Source: an uncultured Mycoplasmatota bacterium
GTDB taxonomy: Bacteria > Bacillota_I > Bacilli_A > RF39 > UBA660
Reading direction: 5' to 3'
Assembly (NCBI GenBank): GCA_949288035.1
Contig: CASEIJ010000048.1
Coordinates: forward strand, 1 to 60,542
DNA: 60,542 nt
Positions 48,975 to 57,901 of this stretch are shown here, in pieces. The notes beneath the pieces are model-generated. The model worked only from the letters and a program-made list of their open reading frames with translations. It was not told the origin of the DNA and did not search any database. Every line of letters begins with the position of its first letter. The first letter of the stretch is position 1. A program made the translations under genes and the position numbers.

Positions 48975-49007
48975 TTCCCGGTATTTTAGTGCCGGGAATT
49001 TTATTTT
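48975..49007 (+). terminator. Intrinsic terminator of the micro-transcript
   Basis: ttcccggta-ttttag-tgccgggaa followed by ttttatttt. Confidence 0.85.
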
Positions 49008-49125
49008 ATAACAAAATGAAAGCATCTGGCAATACCTTTTCAATAAATTTTTTTAACTTTACACTTCGTTTTCATTTGTCATTGAAAAAACAATCGCTTT
49101 TTGCTACAATGAACTTAAGATAGGA

Positions 49126-49815
49126 GTGATAAGATTGAAAAATGGGAAAATGACAGAACTATTAAAAGTATTTGCAATTTTTATTATTTACTTAATATAC
49201 AATAGTGTCTTTCAAACAATATTTACAGCCCTAAATATTCATAACGGAATTATTACTATGTTTACTGGAGATGTTCTTTTCTTAATAGGAGTGATTGCTT
49301 TATATTATAAAGATTTAAAAGCTAGTCTAGAAAATCTAGATCAAAGTAAACGTAAATTTATTGGGAAAGTAGCAATAGGCGTCATTTTACTATTTGCTGT
49401 TAACATGGTGGTTGGAATGATTGGAGAAGCATTAGTACCATCTAACACAATTAGTGATGATAATACAACTTCTATATATAATTTATCGCAAATTTCCTTT
49501 GCTTATACATTATTTAAAACCATGGTGTTTGGAGTAATTGCTGAGGAATTATTATTCAAACAATCATTACGTAAAGTAATTCCAAACGATATATTATTTG
49601 TTATTTCTAGTAGTTTAATCTATGCAGTTATGAATGTGATTTATGGTGATTTAAGTAGCCCATATTTACTAACAGATGCATTATCATATTTTGCAGTATC
49701 AGCAACTCTTGCGACATTGTATATTAAAAATCACGATAATATTGTACTTGTCATGTTCATTAAATTCTTCTACAATTTAATTCCAATGTGTATTATGATC
49801 GCGGGGATGTTTTAG
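49126..49815 (+). CDS. CPBP/Abi (CAAX protease-like) membrane protein with degenerate motifs
   Basis: AEELLFKQ (EExxxR), YAVMN (FxxxH), KFFYN (HxxxN); about 7 TMs. Confidence 0.8.
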   Translation: MIRLKNGKMTELLKVFAIFIIYLIYNSVFQTIFTALNIHNGIITMFTGDVLFLIGVIALYYKDLKASLENLDQSKRKFIGKVAIGVILLFAVNMVVGMIGEALVPSNTISDDNTTSIYNLSQISFAYTLFKTMVFGVIAEELLFKQSLRKVIPNDILFVISSSLIYAVMNVIYGDLSSPYLLTDALSYFAVSATLATLYIKNHDNIVLVMFIKFFYNLIPMCIMIAGMF

Positions 49816-49959
49816 ATGAAAGCATTGAATTTGATAAATACATTAGCCGTCGTACAAAAAACTACTTCTGGTCAGAAGAACATGAACATTATAATCATCG
49901 TTGCAGTGATAGTTATTGTAGTTTTGGTAGCTAGTACTGTATTTTCAAACAGAAAATAG
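49816..49959 (+). CDS. 47-aa single-pass membrane peptide
   Basis: Hand translation MKALNLINTLAVVQKTTSGQKNMNIIIIVAVIVIVVLVASTVFSNRK; ATG directly follows the CPBP stop. Confidence 0.6.
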   Translation: MKALNLINTLAVVQKTTSGQKNMNIIIIVAVIVIVVLVASTVFSNRK

Positions 49960-49998
49960 TAGCAATACTATTTTTTTGCCAAATAAGAAGGAGAAATT

Positions 49999-50403
49999 AT
50001 GAAAAAAGAAAAATCATGTGGAACGATTATCATTGATTCTAATAAACGCGTATTACTCGTAAAACAAAGGTTAGGATGGGTTGGATTTCCCAAAGGACAT
50101 ATGGAACAGGGAGAAACAGAAATAGAAACTGCTCGTCGAGAAACCAAAGAAGAAACAAATCTCGATGTCGTTGTCGATGAAAAGAAAAGATATACAATCT
50201 CTTATATTACAGCTACTCAGATTGATAAAGAAGTTGTCTATTTTCGTGCCAAACCTATTTCTGATTCTTTACTGCCACAAGAAACAGAAATTGCTGAAAT
50301 CATGTGGGTCGACATCGATGAAGCAAAACAATACTTATCATTTGATAACTTAAAACAATTATGGCAAACCGCTTTAGATGATTTTTATAAAGAACAAGTA
50401 TAA
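49999..50403 (+). CDS. NUDIX hydrolase (Ap4A-hydrolase-like)
   Basis: Intact box FPKGHMEQGETEIETARRETKEET. Confidence 0.9.
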   Translation: MKKEKSCGTIIIDSNKRVLLVKQRLGWVGFPKGHMEQGETEIETARRETKEETNLDVVVDEKKRYTISYITATQIDKEVVYFRAKPISDSLLPQETEIAEIMWVDIDEAKQYLSFDNLKQLWQTALDDFYKEQV

Positions 50404-50484
50404 GTATCACTTCTAAGTGCATAGAAAAAACTATGCTTTTTTTTTACTTTCGTGTATAATAAAAACTAGAAAAGGAGGGCTTAT

Positions 50485-51756
50485 ATGTTTGTTGATGAAG
50501 CAATTGTTGATGTATTAGCTGGAGCTGGAGGAAATGGCTGTATGGCTATGCGTCGTGAGAAATATGTAGAAATGGGTGGTCCATTTGGAGGAAATGGAGG
50601 CCATGGTGCTGATATTATTTTTGAGGCAGATGAAGGATTAAATACATTACTTGATTTAAGATATCAAAAACAGATTAAAGGCCCTCGTGGAGAAAACGGA
50701 ATGGGTAAGGGGATGCATGGTAAAAGCCGTGATGCGGTTGTTGTCAGAGTTCCAGTTGGAACGGTTGTAACAGATCTTGAAACAGGAGAAGTCATTGCCG
50801 ATTTAACCCAAAATAAAGAACAGGCAGTGATCGCCCGTGGAGGTCGTGGAGGTCGCGGTAATATGGCTTTAGCAACCCATTCTAATCCAGCTCCAAGTAT
50901 TTGTGAAAATGGCGAACCAGGAGAAGAAAAACGAGTGAAAGTAGAGTTAAAACTACTTGCTGATGTTGGTTTAGTAGGGCTTCCTAGTGTTGGAAAATCA
51001 ACCATTATATCAATGATTAGCGCAGCCAAACCAAAGATTGCAGAATACCACTTTACCACTTTAAAACCAAACTTAGGAGTTGTTCGAGCATCTCGACATC
51101 GTTCCTTTGTCGTTGCTGACTTACCAGGTTTAATTAAAGGGGCTTCTTTAGGAGAAGGACTAGGGGATCGCTTCTTAAAACATATCGAAAGAACAAGAGT
51201 GATTGCTCATGTCATTGATATGGGTGGTTATGAAATGCGTGATCCATATGAAGATTATATGACAATTCAAGAAGAATTAAAAAACTTCAAAGAAAGTTTA
51301 TTGCAAAAACCACAGATTATTATTGCCAATAAAATGGACATCGAAGGAGCGAAAGAAAGATTAGAAACATTTAAAAAGAAAGTGGATTTACCAATTTATG
51401 AAGTAAGTGCAGCTATGAATCAAGGATTAGATCAAGTAATAGAAGTACTTGCTGATATGCTAGACCATATTCAAAAACAACCATTAGAAAATAGTGTAAA
51501 AGAAAAAAAACATGTTGTTTACAAATATGAGAAAGAAGAACCATTTACCATTACAAAAGACAATGATACATGGGTGATTCGTGGAAAAGAAATTGAACGA
51601 TATGTTAGAATGATGAATTTCTCATCAGAAGAAGCATATATTCGCTTATCTCGTAAACTACGATTACTTGGTATTGAAGATGAATTAAGAAATCGTGGTG
51701 CAAAAGATGGAGATTATGTCAGAATTTTAGACTTTGAATTTGAATATGAAGAATAG
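50485..51756 (+). CDS. obgE: GTPase ObgE/CgtA
   Basis: MFVD, Gly-rich Obg fold, GLPSVGKS, YHFTT, DLPG, NKMD, OCT C-terminal domain. Confidence 0.98.
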   Translation: MFVDEAIVDVLAGAGGNGCMAMRREKYVEMGGPFGGNGGHGADIIFEADEGLNTLLDLRYQKQIKGPRGENGMGKGMHGKSRDAVVVRVPVGTVVTDLETGEVIADLTQNKEQAVIARGGRGGRGNMALATHSNPAPSICENGEPGEEKRVKVELKLLADVGLVGLPSVGKSTIISMISAAKPKIAEYHFTTLKPNLGVVRASRHRSFVVADLPGLIKGASLGEGLGDRFLKHIERTRVIAHVIDMGGYEMRDPYEDYMTIQEELKNFKESLLQKPQIIIANKMDIEGAKERLETFKKKVDLPIYEVSAAMNQGLDQVIEVLADMLDHIQKQPLENSVKEKKHVVYKYEKEEPFTITKDNDTWVIRGKEIERYVRMMNFSSEEAYIRLSRKLRLLGIEDELRNRGAKDGDYVRILDFEFEYEE

Positions 51757-51800
51757 AAATTTCTATTCTTTTTTGTTACAATAAAATGGAAGGTGAAAAT

Positions 51801-52502
51801 ATGAAAACATTACAAGAAATAATAAATGAAAGTAAAAATATTGTCTTTTTTGGAGGAGCAGGCGTATCTACCGCAAGTGGAATTCCTGATTTTAGAAGTG
51901 ATACAGGACTTTATCATAAATACCCTTATCGTGCTGAAATTATGCTATCTCATTCTTATTTTATGCGTCATACAGAAGAATTCTTTCAATTTTATTTGCA
52001 AGAGATGATTCATAAAAAAGCTAAGCCAAATGCCTGTCATCAAAAGTTAGCAGAACTTGAACAGAGTGGTAAACTAACAATGATTGTGACACAAAATATT
52101 GATGGACTTCATCAAATGGCAGGTAGTAAACATGTATTAGAATTACATGGAACAGTCTATCAAAATACATGTATGAAGTGTCATAAGAAGTATTCTTTAG
52201 AAGAAATAGAAAAAAGTCATATCTGCTCTTGTGGAGGAATTATAAAACCAGATGTGGTATTATACGAAGAACCACTTCCAAGTGGCGTGTTTGAAAAAGC
52301 GATCGCAGCAATTTCTAACTGTGATACATTTATTGTTGGAGGAACATCATTAGCTGTTTATCCGGCAAATAGCTTAGTACAATTTTTTCACGGTAAGAAT
52401 TTAGTAGTTATTAATAAAGATAAAACTTCTTTGGATCAAAAAGCTACTTTGGTAATACATGATGATATTGCCAAAGTTTTTGCCAAAATAAAAACAGATT
52501 AA
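51801..52502 (+). CDS. cobB: NAD-dependent protein deacylase (sirtuin)
   Basis: GGAGVSTASGIPDFRS, TQNIDGLHQ, ELHG, KPDVVLYEE, GTSL.VYPA. Confidence 0.95.
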   Translation: MKTLQEIINESKNIVFFGGAGVSTASGIPDFRSDTGLYHKYPYRAEIMLSHSYFMRHTEEFFQFYLQEMIHKKAKPNACHQKLAELEQSGKLTMIVTQNIDGLHQMAGSKHVLELHGTVYQNTCMKCHKKYSLEEIEKSHICSCGGIIKPDVVLYEEPLPSGVFEKAIAAISNCDTFIVGGTSLAVYPANSLVQFFHGKNLVVINKDKTSLDQKATLVIHDDIAKVFAKIKTD

Positions 52503-52816
52503 GCAATCTGTTTGATTCTTTCGCCAACTTGATATTTTGTGATACCACTTGGGAATTCATAAGTTCCATATCCTTTTTTGTAAAATATAAATCTCCATGG
52601 TTTTACATTTTTCTTACAATATAAAATGATATTATTATAATCGACAATATAAATATCAATAGGAAATCTCATAAAACAAGTATGAATGCTATGGCAATGA
52701 GGAAAGAATAATCCATAATTAGGGATTTCTTTCTTTCCCATAAAACCGAAAAAACGATTTTGAAAGTTCATACAAACATGAACATCTATTTTCTTATCTT
52801 TACTTAATATTTTCAT
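52499..52816 (-). CDS. DUF192-family protein
   Basis: RFFGFMG, CHSIHTCFMRFPIDI, VKPWR. Confidence 0.8.
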   Translation of the reverse strand: MKILSKDKKIDVHVCMNFQNRFFGFMGKKEIPNYGLFFPHCHSIHTCFMRFPIDIYIVDYNNIILYCKKNVKPWRFIFYKKGYGTYEFPSGITKYQVGERIKQIA

Positions 52817-52914
52817 TTTATCACCAAATTTATCATAACATACAAAAAGTGAATTGACAAACACTTGATTTCGTTATACACTATTAATATAAAGAATAGT
52901 ATTGGGAGGGTCAC

Positions 52915-53115
52915 ATGAATAGATTGAATCGTAAAGGACAAGCTTTAGTTGAATATCTTTTAATTATAGCTGTTATTAGTGTTATTGTTGTAGGAATTGT
53001 AAAAGTATTAGGTGGTTATTTACAGGATTCTATGACCAAATCAAGCTGTAATTTAGTAGATAAAGTATACGTAGAAGGTTCTAAACCAGGAGAGGGAACT
53101 TGTGTTGATAAATGA
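52915..53115 (+). CDS. Flp/TadE-type prepilin-like protein
   Basis: Class III signal RKG|QALVEYLLIIAVI (G-1, E+5, Y+6) followed by a hydrophobic helix. Confidence 0.8.
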   Translation: MNRLNRKGQALVEYLLIIAVISVIVVGIVKVLGGYLQDSMTKSSCNLVDKVYVEGSKPGEGTCVDK

Positions 53116-53362
53116 GAAGCATTGCTTCTTTTTTTATTCTTTTTTCTTTACCATAATTTCCCACAAAGTTCTAGAAATTTAACCATAATGTTTTTATAAA
53201 ATGTAGTCAAGGAGGTGATAGGAAAGGGATAAAGAAAACAACTAAATGAACTTACAAAATAATAATCAATAGATAGAAAATATACTCCTAAAAATTATGA
53301 AAGGGTAGTGATAATGTAGAAAAAGAATATGAGATTTGATATACTAATGTAGAGGTGTTATT

Positions 53363-54019
53363 ATGTATAAGATTTGCTTTGTAGAAGACGAAAAAGACCT
53401 AAATGATCTTATGAAGACCTACTTAGAACGTGAAGGCTATGAGGTGCTTAACTTCTATGATGGAAAAAGTGCGCTTGACTATGTAGGTAATCCCGTTCAC
53501 TTATGGATATTAGATATAATGCTCGGTGATAATGTGAGTGGATATGATATTATTAAGAAAATTAGAGAAACAGATAGCACAGTACCAGTTATTTTTACAT
53601 CAGCTAGAGATCAAGATTTAGATAAAATTATTGGTTTAGAACTGGGAAGTGATGATTATGTAACCAAACCGTATTCCCCTAAGGAACTAGTGTTACGTGT
53701 TAATAATATTATGAAACGTGTTTATCTAAAATCAACGGAAAAAGTTACTTATGAGAATTATACCATTGATTTAGATAAAAGAACTGTTTACGATGGAAAA
53801 GAAGAAGTATCATTAACTACATTAGAATTTGACTTATTATTGATGTTTTTACAAAATCGTAATAAATCATTTAGCCGTGAAGATATCTTAGAAGCGGTAT
53901 GGGGACCAGATTATTTTGGAAGTGATCGAGTGGTAGACGATTTAGTTAGAAGACTTCGTAAGAAGATGCCAAATATACATATTAATACATTATATGGATT
54001 TGGATATCGATTCTTATGA
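53363..54019 (+). CDS. OmpR-family response regulator (CssR-like)
   Basis: FVEDE, LDIML, DDYVTKPYSP, LTTLEF, DDLVRRLRKK, TLYGFGY. Confidence 0.93.
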   Translation: MYKICFVEDEKDLNDLMKTYLEREGYEVLNFYDGKSALDYVGNPVHLWILDIMLGDNVSGYDIIKKIRETDSTVPVIFTSARDQDLDKIIGLELGSDDYVTKPYSPKELVLRVNNIMKRVYLKSTEKVTYENYTIDLDKRTVYDGKEEVSLTTLEFDLLLMFLQNRNKSFSREDILEAVWGPDYFGSDRVVDDLVRRLRKKMPNIHINTLYGFGYRFL

Positions 54020-55284
54020 AAAAAACATTAAAATATGATTTAAATCGTCAGTTAATATCGATTGGAATTCTCATATGTGGGATTATATTCATTGCTCTTG
54101 GTATACTCCTCCCAAAAGTATTGACACCGATTTATGAGAACAATATTTATCAATATTTAAAACAACCACTTGAATTAATCGATTATGAAATTGGAGATGA
54201 TGAAATTGGTAGTGATGTCGCATACCTCTATATCACGAGCCAAAAAGAAGTTATCTCTTCAGAAAACTTCTCCAAAGTAATTAATATTGAACCAACTGAG
54301 GTTTTAAGTGAAATTGATAATGATTTCGGAAAATTCCAATATAAAGGAAAAACTTATTATTACAATACCTCTTATAATAAGTTTGTTACCAAAATATCTC
54401 TAACTGATGATTCTTATATCACAGACATGAGAAAAGATATACTATATACTATATTTCCTATTTTACTAATAACCTTGCTAATTATTTCTGGATTATTACT
54501 CCTATGGTCTAGAAAATTAGTAAAAAAAATAGAACACTTAAAACAAAAAGTAGATAATCTTTCGAATGATGATTATGATGACACCTATACGTATGATGAA
54601 GATGATGAATTAAAAGCATTATCGGTTGCCATTGATACAATGCGTGAAAATTTAAAGAAACAAGAAAATTATAAAAACCAGATGTATCAAAATATATCAC
54701 ATGATTTTAAAACTCCTCTCACTGTCATAAAATCATATATAGAAGCGATACAAGATGGTGTTCAAACCGTTCCACAAGGTGTAAAAGTTATTGAGGAACA
54801 AATTAATAAATTAGAATTAAAAGTACACTCCTTACTATATTTAAATAAACTAAATTATTTTAAAGAACGCAAAGATTTAACGGTAGAAAAAGTCAATGTG
54901 CAACAAGTGATTTATAACTCGGTAGAAAAGATGAAAAATATAAGACCTGATGTGAAATGGACTGTATATACAAAAAATTCAGAAACCATTATGAAAGGTA
55001 CTTATGATATGTGGGAAGCAGTTGTCGATAATATCTTAAGTAATTTTGTAAGATATGCTGAAAAAGAAATTAAAGTAACGATTAAGGGAAGTAAATTGAC
55101 GTTTTATAACGATGGACCAAAATTGAACGAAAAAGATTTAGAAAATATTTTCTCACCATATAAAAAAGGAATTAATGGTCAATTTGGTTTAGGGCTTTCT
55201 ATCGTTCGTGAGACACTGGCTTTCTGTGGTTATGAAGTGACTGTAAAAAATGAAAAGAAAGGAGTCAGTTTCATGATTCAATAA
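54016..55284 (+). CDS. HAMP-domain sensor histidine kinase (CssS-like)
   Basis: Two TMs, DELKAL HAMP, NISHDFKTPL, NILSNFVRYA, GLGLSIV. Confidence 0.92.
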   Translation: MKKTLKYDLNRQLISIGILICGIIFIALGILLPKVLTPIYENNIYQYLKQPLELIDYEIGDDEIGSDVAYLYITSQKEVISSENFSKVINIEPTEVLSEIDNDFGKFQYKGKTYYYNTSYNKFVTKISLTDDSYITDMRKDILYTIFPILLITLLIISGLLLLWSRKLVKKIEHLKQKVDNLSNDDYDDTYTYDEDDELKALSVAIDTMRENLKKQENYKNQMYQNISHDFKTPLTVIKSYIEAIQDGVQTVPQGVKVIEEQINKLELKVHSLLYLNKLNYFKERKDLTVEKVNVQQVIYNSVEKMKNIRPDVKWTVYTKNSETIMKGTYDMWEAVVDNILSNFVRYAEKEIKVTIKGSKLTFYNDGPKLNEKDLENIFSPYKKGINGQFGLGLSIVRETLAFCGYEVTVKNEKKGVSFMIQ

Positions 55285-55358
55285 AAAGGGAAGGGTTGCC
55301 TAAATGGATCGCTTCCTTTTTTTTATAAAAAAAAGAAGAATATGTTATAATAAAATAG

Positions 55359-56561
55359 GTGAAATATATGATGGAGGATAAAAAAGGACATTTAATTGGT
55401 GATTATCAAGATCATCGTATTTTAGATTATGAACAGATGAATGATCGTTTAGATCATTTAAAGATATGTATTGAACAAAAAGAAATAGGAAGAACGACAT
55501 TTGATTATCCAATACGTCATTTTACGTTTGGTAATGGCCCATATCATGCGATTTTAACAGCAGGAACACATGCTGTAGAACTAATTACGAATTGCTTTCT
55601 AATTCAGTTTATGGAGTACTTAGAAGCCAATCCTGAGGTGATTGATCCAAGTGTTTATACATTACATTTTATTCCAATTTTAAATCCAGAAGGTACAATT
55701 GTACTTACAAGTGCGATTCGTACAGTGATTCCAAGAGAAACGACTCCTTTTTGGGAAGAATTATTTTGTATTCAATATTATATGAATGCAAAAGTAGAAG
55801 ATGATTATGTCTTAAATATGAAAGATCAAGATACTAAATTACAAATGTGGATGTTTCGTTATGCAACACCTGATTGCATTGACAAGAAACATGAGAAATT
55901 AAAAAAGAGTATTCAAAAAATTATCCAAGAACAACATCTTCCCAAAGGAGTTATGGCACAATGGTCTAGTAATGGGGTAGGAATTGATTTAAATGCCAAT
56001 GTATGGCATCCAAGATATGAAAAAGAAATGATTGAAAGAAAACCTGTATATCATGAGTTACGATTGAATCAAATTTCTATGATTTCGCCTGGTCCGATTG
56101 GTTGTCCTTATCGTCCTTCTAAATTTCAATTAGAACCAGAAAATGGTGCACTTTTAAATTTCTATCAAACACTAATGCAAAAAGAGAAAGTAATTGGTTC
56201 CTTTATTTATCACGCTTGTGGTAATTTAATATATTATTTAGATGAAAAAAGTGAAAAAATTAAAAGAGAAAATGGAAAAGATTATACAGAATATAATGAG
56301 TCAGTTGCAATTACTTATCAGAAATATACAGGATATAAAATTTTATCAAATCATAAAGAAACAACCATGGATTATGTTTTAAAAAAGATATTACCAGGAA
56401 CACTTTTAATTGAACTTGGAAATATACGTGCAACCCCACTTTCACAGTTTGTGGATAGTATTGATTGTGTTTATACAAATATTATAAATGATAATAAAAA
56501 AGCAATCATAGAAACACTAAAAACAATGAAATTACAATATGAAAAGAGCCAAAAAAACTAA
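55359..56561 (+). CDS. M14 zinc carboxypeptidase family protein (gamma-D-Glu-mDAP endopeptidase-like)
   Basis: AGTHAVE (HxxE), PILNPEG, NGVGIDLNAN, YHACG, LLIELG. Confidence 0.75.
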   Translation: MKYMMEDKKGHLIGDYQDHRILDYEQMNDRLDHLKICIEQKEIGRTTFDYPIRHFTFGNGPYHAILTAGTHAVELITNCFLIQFMEYLEANPEVIDPSVYTLHFIPILNPEGTIVLTSAIRTVIPRETTPFWEELFCIQYYMNAKVEDDYVLNMKDQDTKLQMWMFRYATPDCIDKKHEKLKKSIQKIIQEQHLPKGVMAQWSSNGVGIDLNANVWHPRYEKEMIERKPVYHELRLNQISMISPGPIGCPYRPSKFQLEPENGALLNFYQTLMQKEKVIGSFIYHACGNLIYYLDEKSEKIKRENGKDYTEYNESVAITYQKYTGYKILSNHKETTMDYVLKKILPGTLLIELGNIRATPLSQFVDSIDCVYTNIINDNKKAIIETLKTMKLQYEKSQKN

Positions 56562-56626
56562 AGTTTTCCTCTTTTTTTTTACTGCAAAAACATGTATAAT
56601 GTAACTAATGGAACGGAGGCAAAAAC

Positions 56627-57901
56627 ATGGGATATAAACTATCTGATTTAAAAAAAATGTCAAATTTTACAATTACAGAATATCTAACACCAAAATATGT
56701 TTATATTCCTCTTGCAAGTGGCAGAGATGAAAATGTCACTATTTTTGTAAAAAAAGGTGACTATGTCGCAATTGGTACTGTACTTGGTAAACGAAAAGGT
56801 GCAAATAAAGTACCAATTCATTCAAGTGTGTCAGGGCATGTTGTAGGAATTGTAAAAAAATTATATGTAACCGGTGAAATGGTACGTTGTGTAAAAATAG
56901 AAAATGATGGAAAAGAAAGTTATGCAGAATCAACAACCAAAAAGAAATTAAATCAATATACAAAAGAATCGTTTCTAGAAACTATTTTAGATACGGGAAT
57001 TGTTGGATTAGGTGGGGAAGGGTTTCCCACGTATATTAAATATAATACCGATAAAAAGATTCATACATTGATTGTAAATGCGGTTGAATGTGAACCTTAT
57101 ATTACTTCTGATACAGCACTTATGATGGAAAAATGTGAAGAAATATTAGAAACAGTAGATGCAATTATGGAAATAAATCATATTGATCGTGCTATGATTG
57201 CTGTATCAAAGGCGAATACTGAATTAATTCATAAATTGAATAACTTTATTGGAACATATTTAAATATCAAAATAAAAGTTGTACCAAATATTTATCCTAT
57301 GGGATGGGAGCGTAGTTTAGTAAGAGAATTATGTCATACAAATTATAATGATATTCCTTTAGAAAAAGGAATTGTAGTGAATAATGTTTCAACCATCTAT
57401 GCAATTTATGAGGCATTAAAATATCATAAACCGATGATAGAACGTGTTGTTACATTTACAGGGAATGGATTCAAACAACCATGTAACGTAAGAATAAAAA
57501 TTGGTACATTAGCAAAAGATGTAATTACTTCTCTAATCGGATACCAAGCAATAGAAGAAATACAACTAGTAGCTGGAGGACCATTCATGGGAAGTAGTCT
57601 AGCAAATGATAACCTTGCCTTATCTCCAGAAGTAAACTGTGTTCTAGCACTCCCATATGAGAAAGAAGAACCTATTTTACCATGTATTCGCTGTGGTAAG
57701 TGTGCAACTGTATGTCCTGCCAAATTAAATCCAACAGGAATTGATAAAGCCTATCGAAAAAAAGATTTTAAAAAATTAAAACAATTAGAAGTAGAGCGTT
57801 GTATTGGATGTGGACTATGTTCTTATATTTGCCCTGCCAATCGAAATGTTAGAAAACAAATTGCGCTTGCTAAACAGCGATTAAGGGAGGAAGAAAAATG
57901 A
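56627..57901 (+). CDS. rnfC: RnfC/RsxC-like electron-transport subunit
   Basis: PIHSSVSG, GIVGLGGEGFPT, NAVECEP, GGPFMG, CIRCGKC...C and CIGCGLCSYICP ferredoxin motifs. Confidence 0.9.
   Translation: MGYKLSDLKKMSNFTITEYLTPKYVYIPLASGRDENVTIFVKKGDYVAIGTVLGKRKGANKVPIHSSVSGHVVGIVKKLYVTGEMVRCVKIENDGKESYAESTTKKKLNQYTKESFLETILDTGIVGLGGEGFPTYIKYNTDKKIHTLIVNAVECEPYITSDTALMMEKCEEILETVDAIMEINHIDRAMIAVSKANTELIHKLNNFIGTYLNIKIKVVPNIYPMGWERSLVRELCHTNYNDIPLEKGIVVNNVSTIYAIYEALKYHKPMIERVVTFTGNGFKQPCNVRIKIGTLAKDVITSLIGYQAIEEIQLVAGGPFMGSSLANDNLALSPEVNCVLALPYEKEEPILPCIRCGKCATVCPAKLNPTGIDKAYRKKDFKKLKQLEVERCIGCGLCSYICPANRNVRKQIALAKQRLREEEK

Noticed and set aside
53148-53260. Direct repeat ACCATAAT (53150, 53182) and strong RBS AGGAGGTGA (53210) upstream of the response regulator
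   Set aside because: No start codon at usable spacing and only tiny ORFs follow; it may be a decayed gene or regulator site, but the evidence is too thin.
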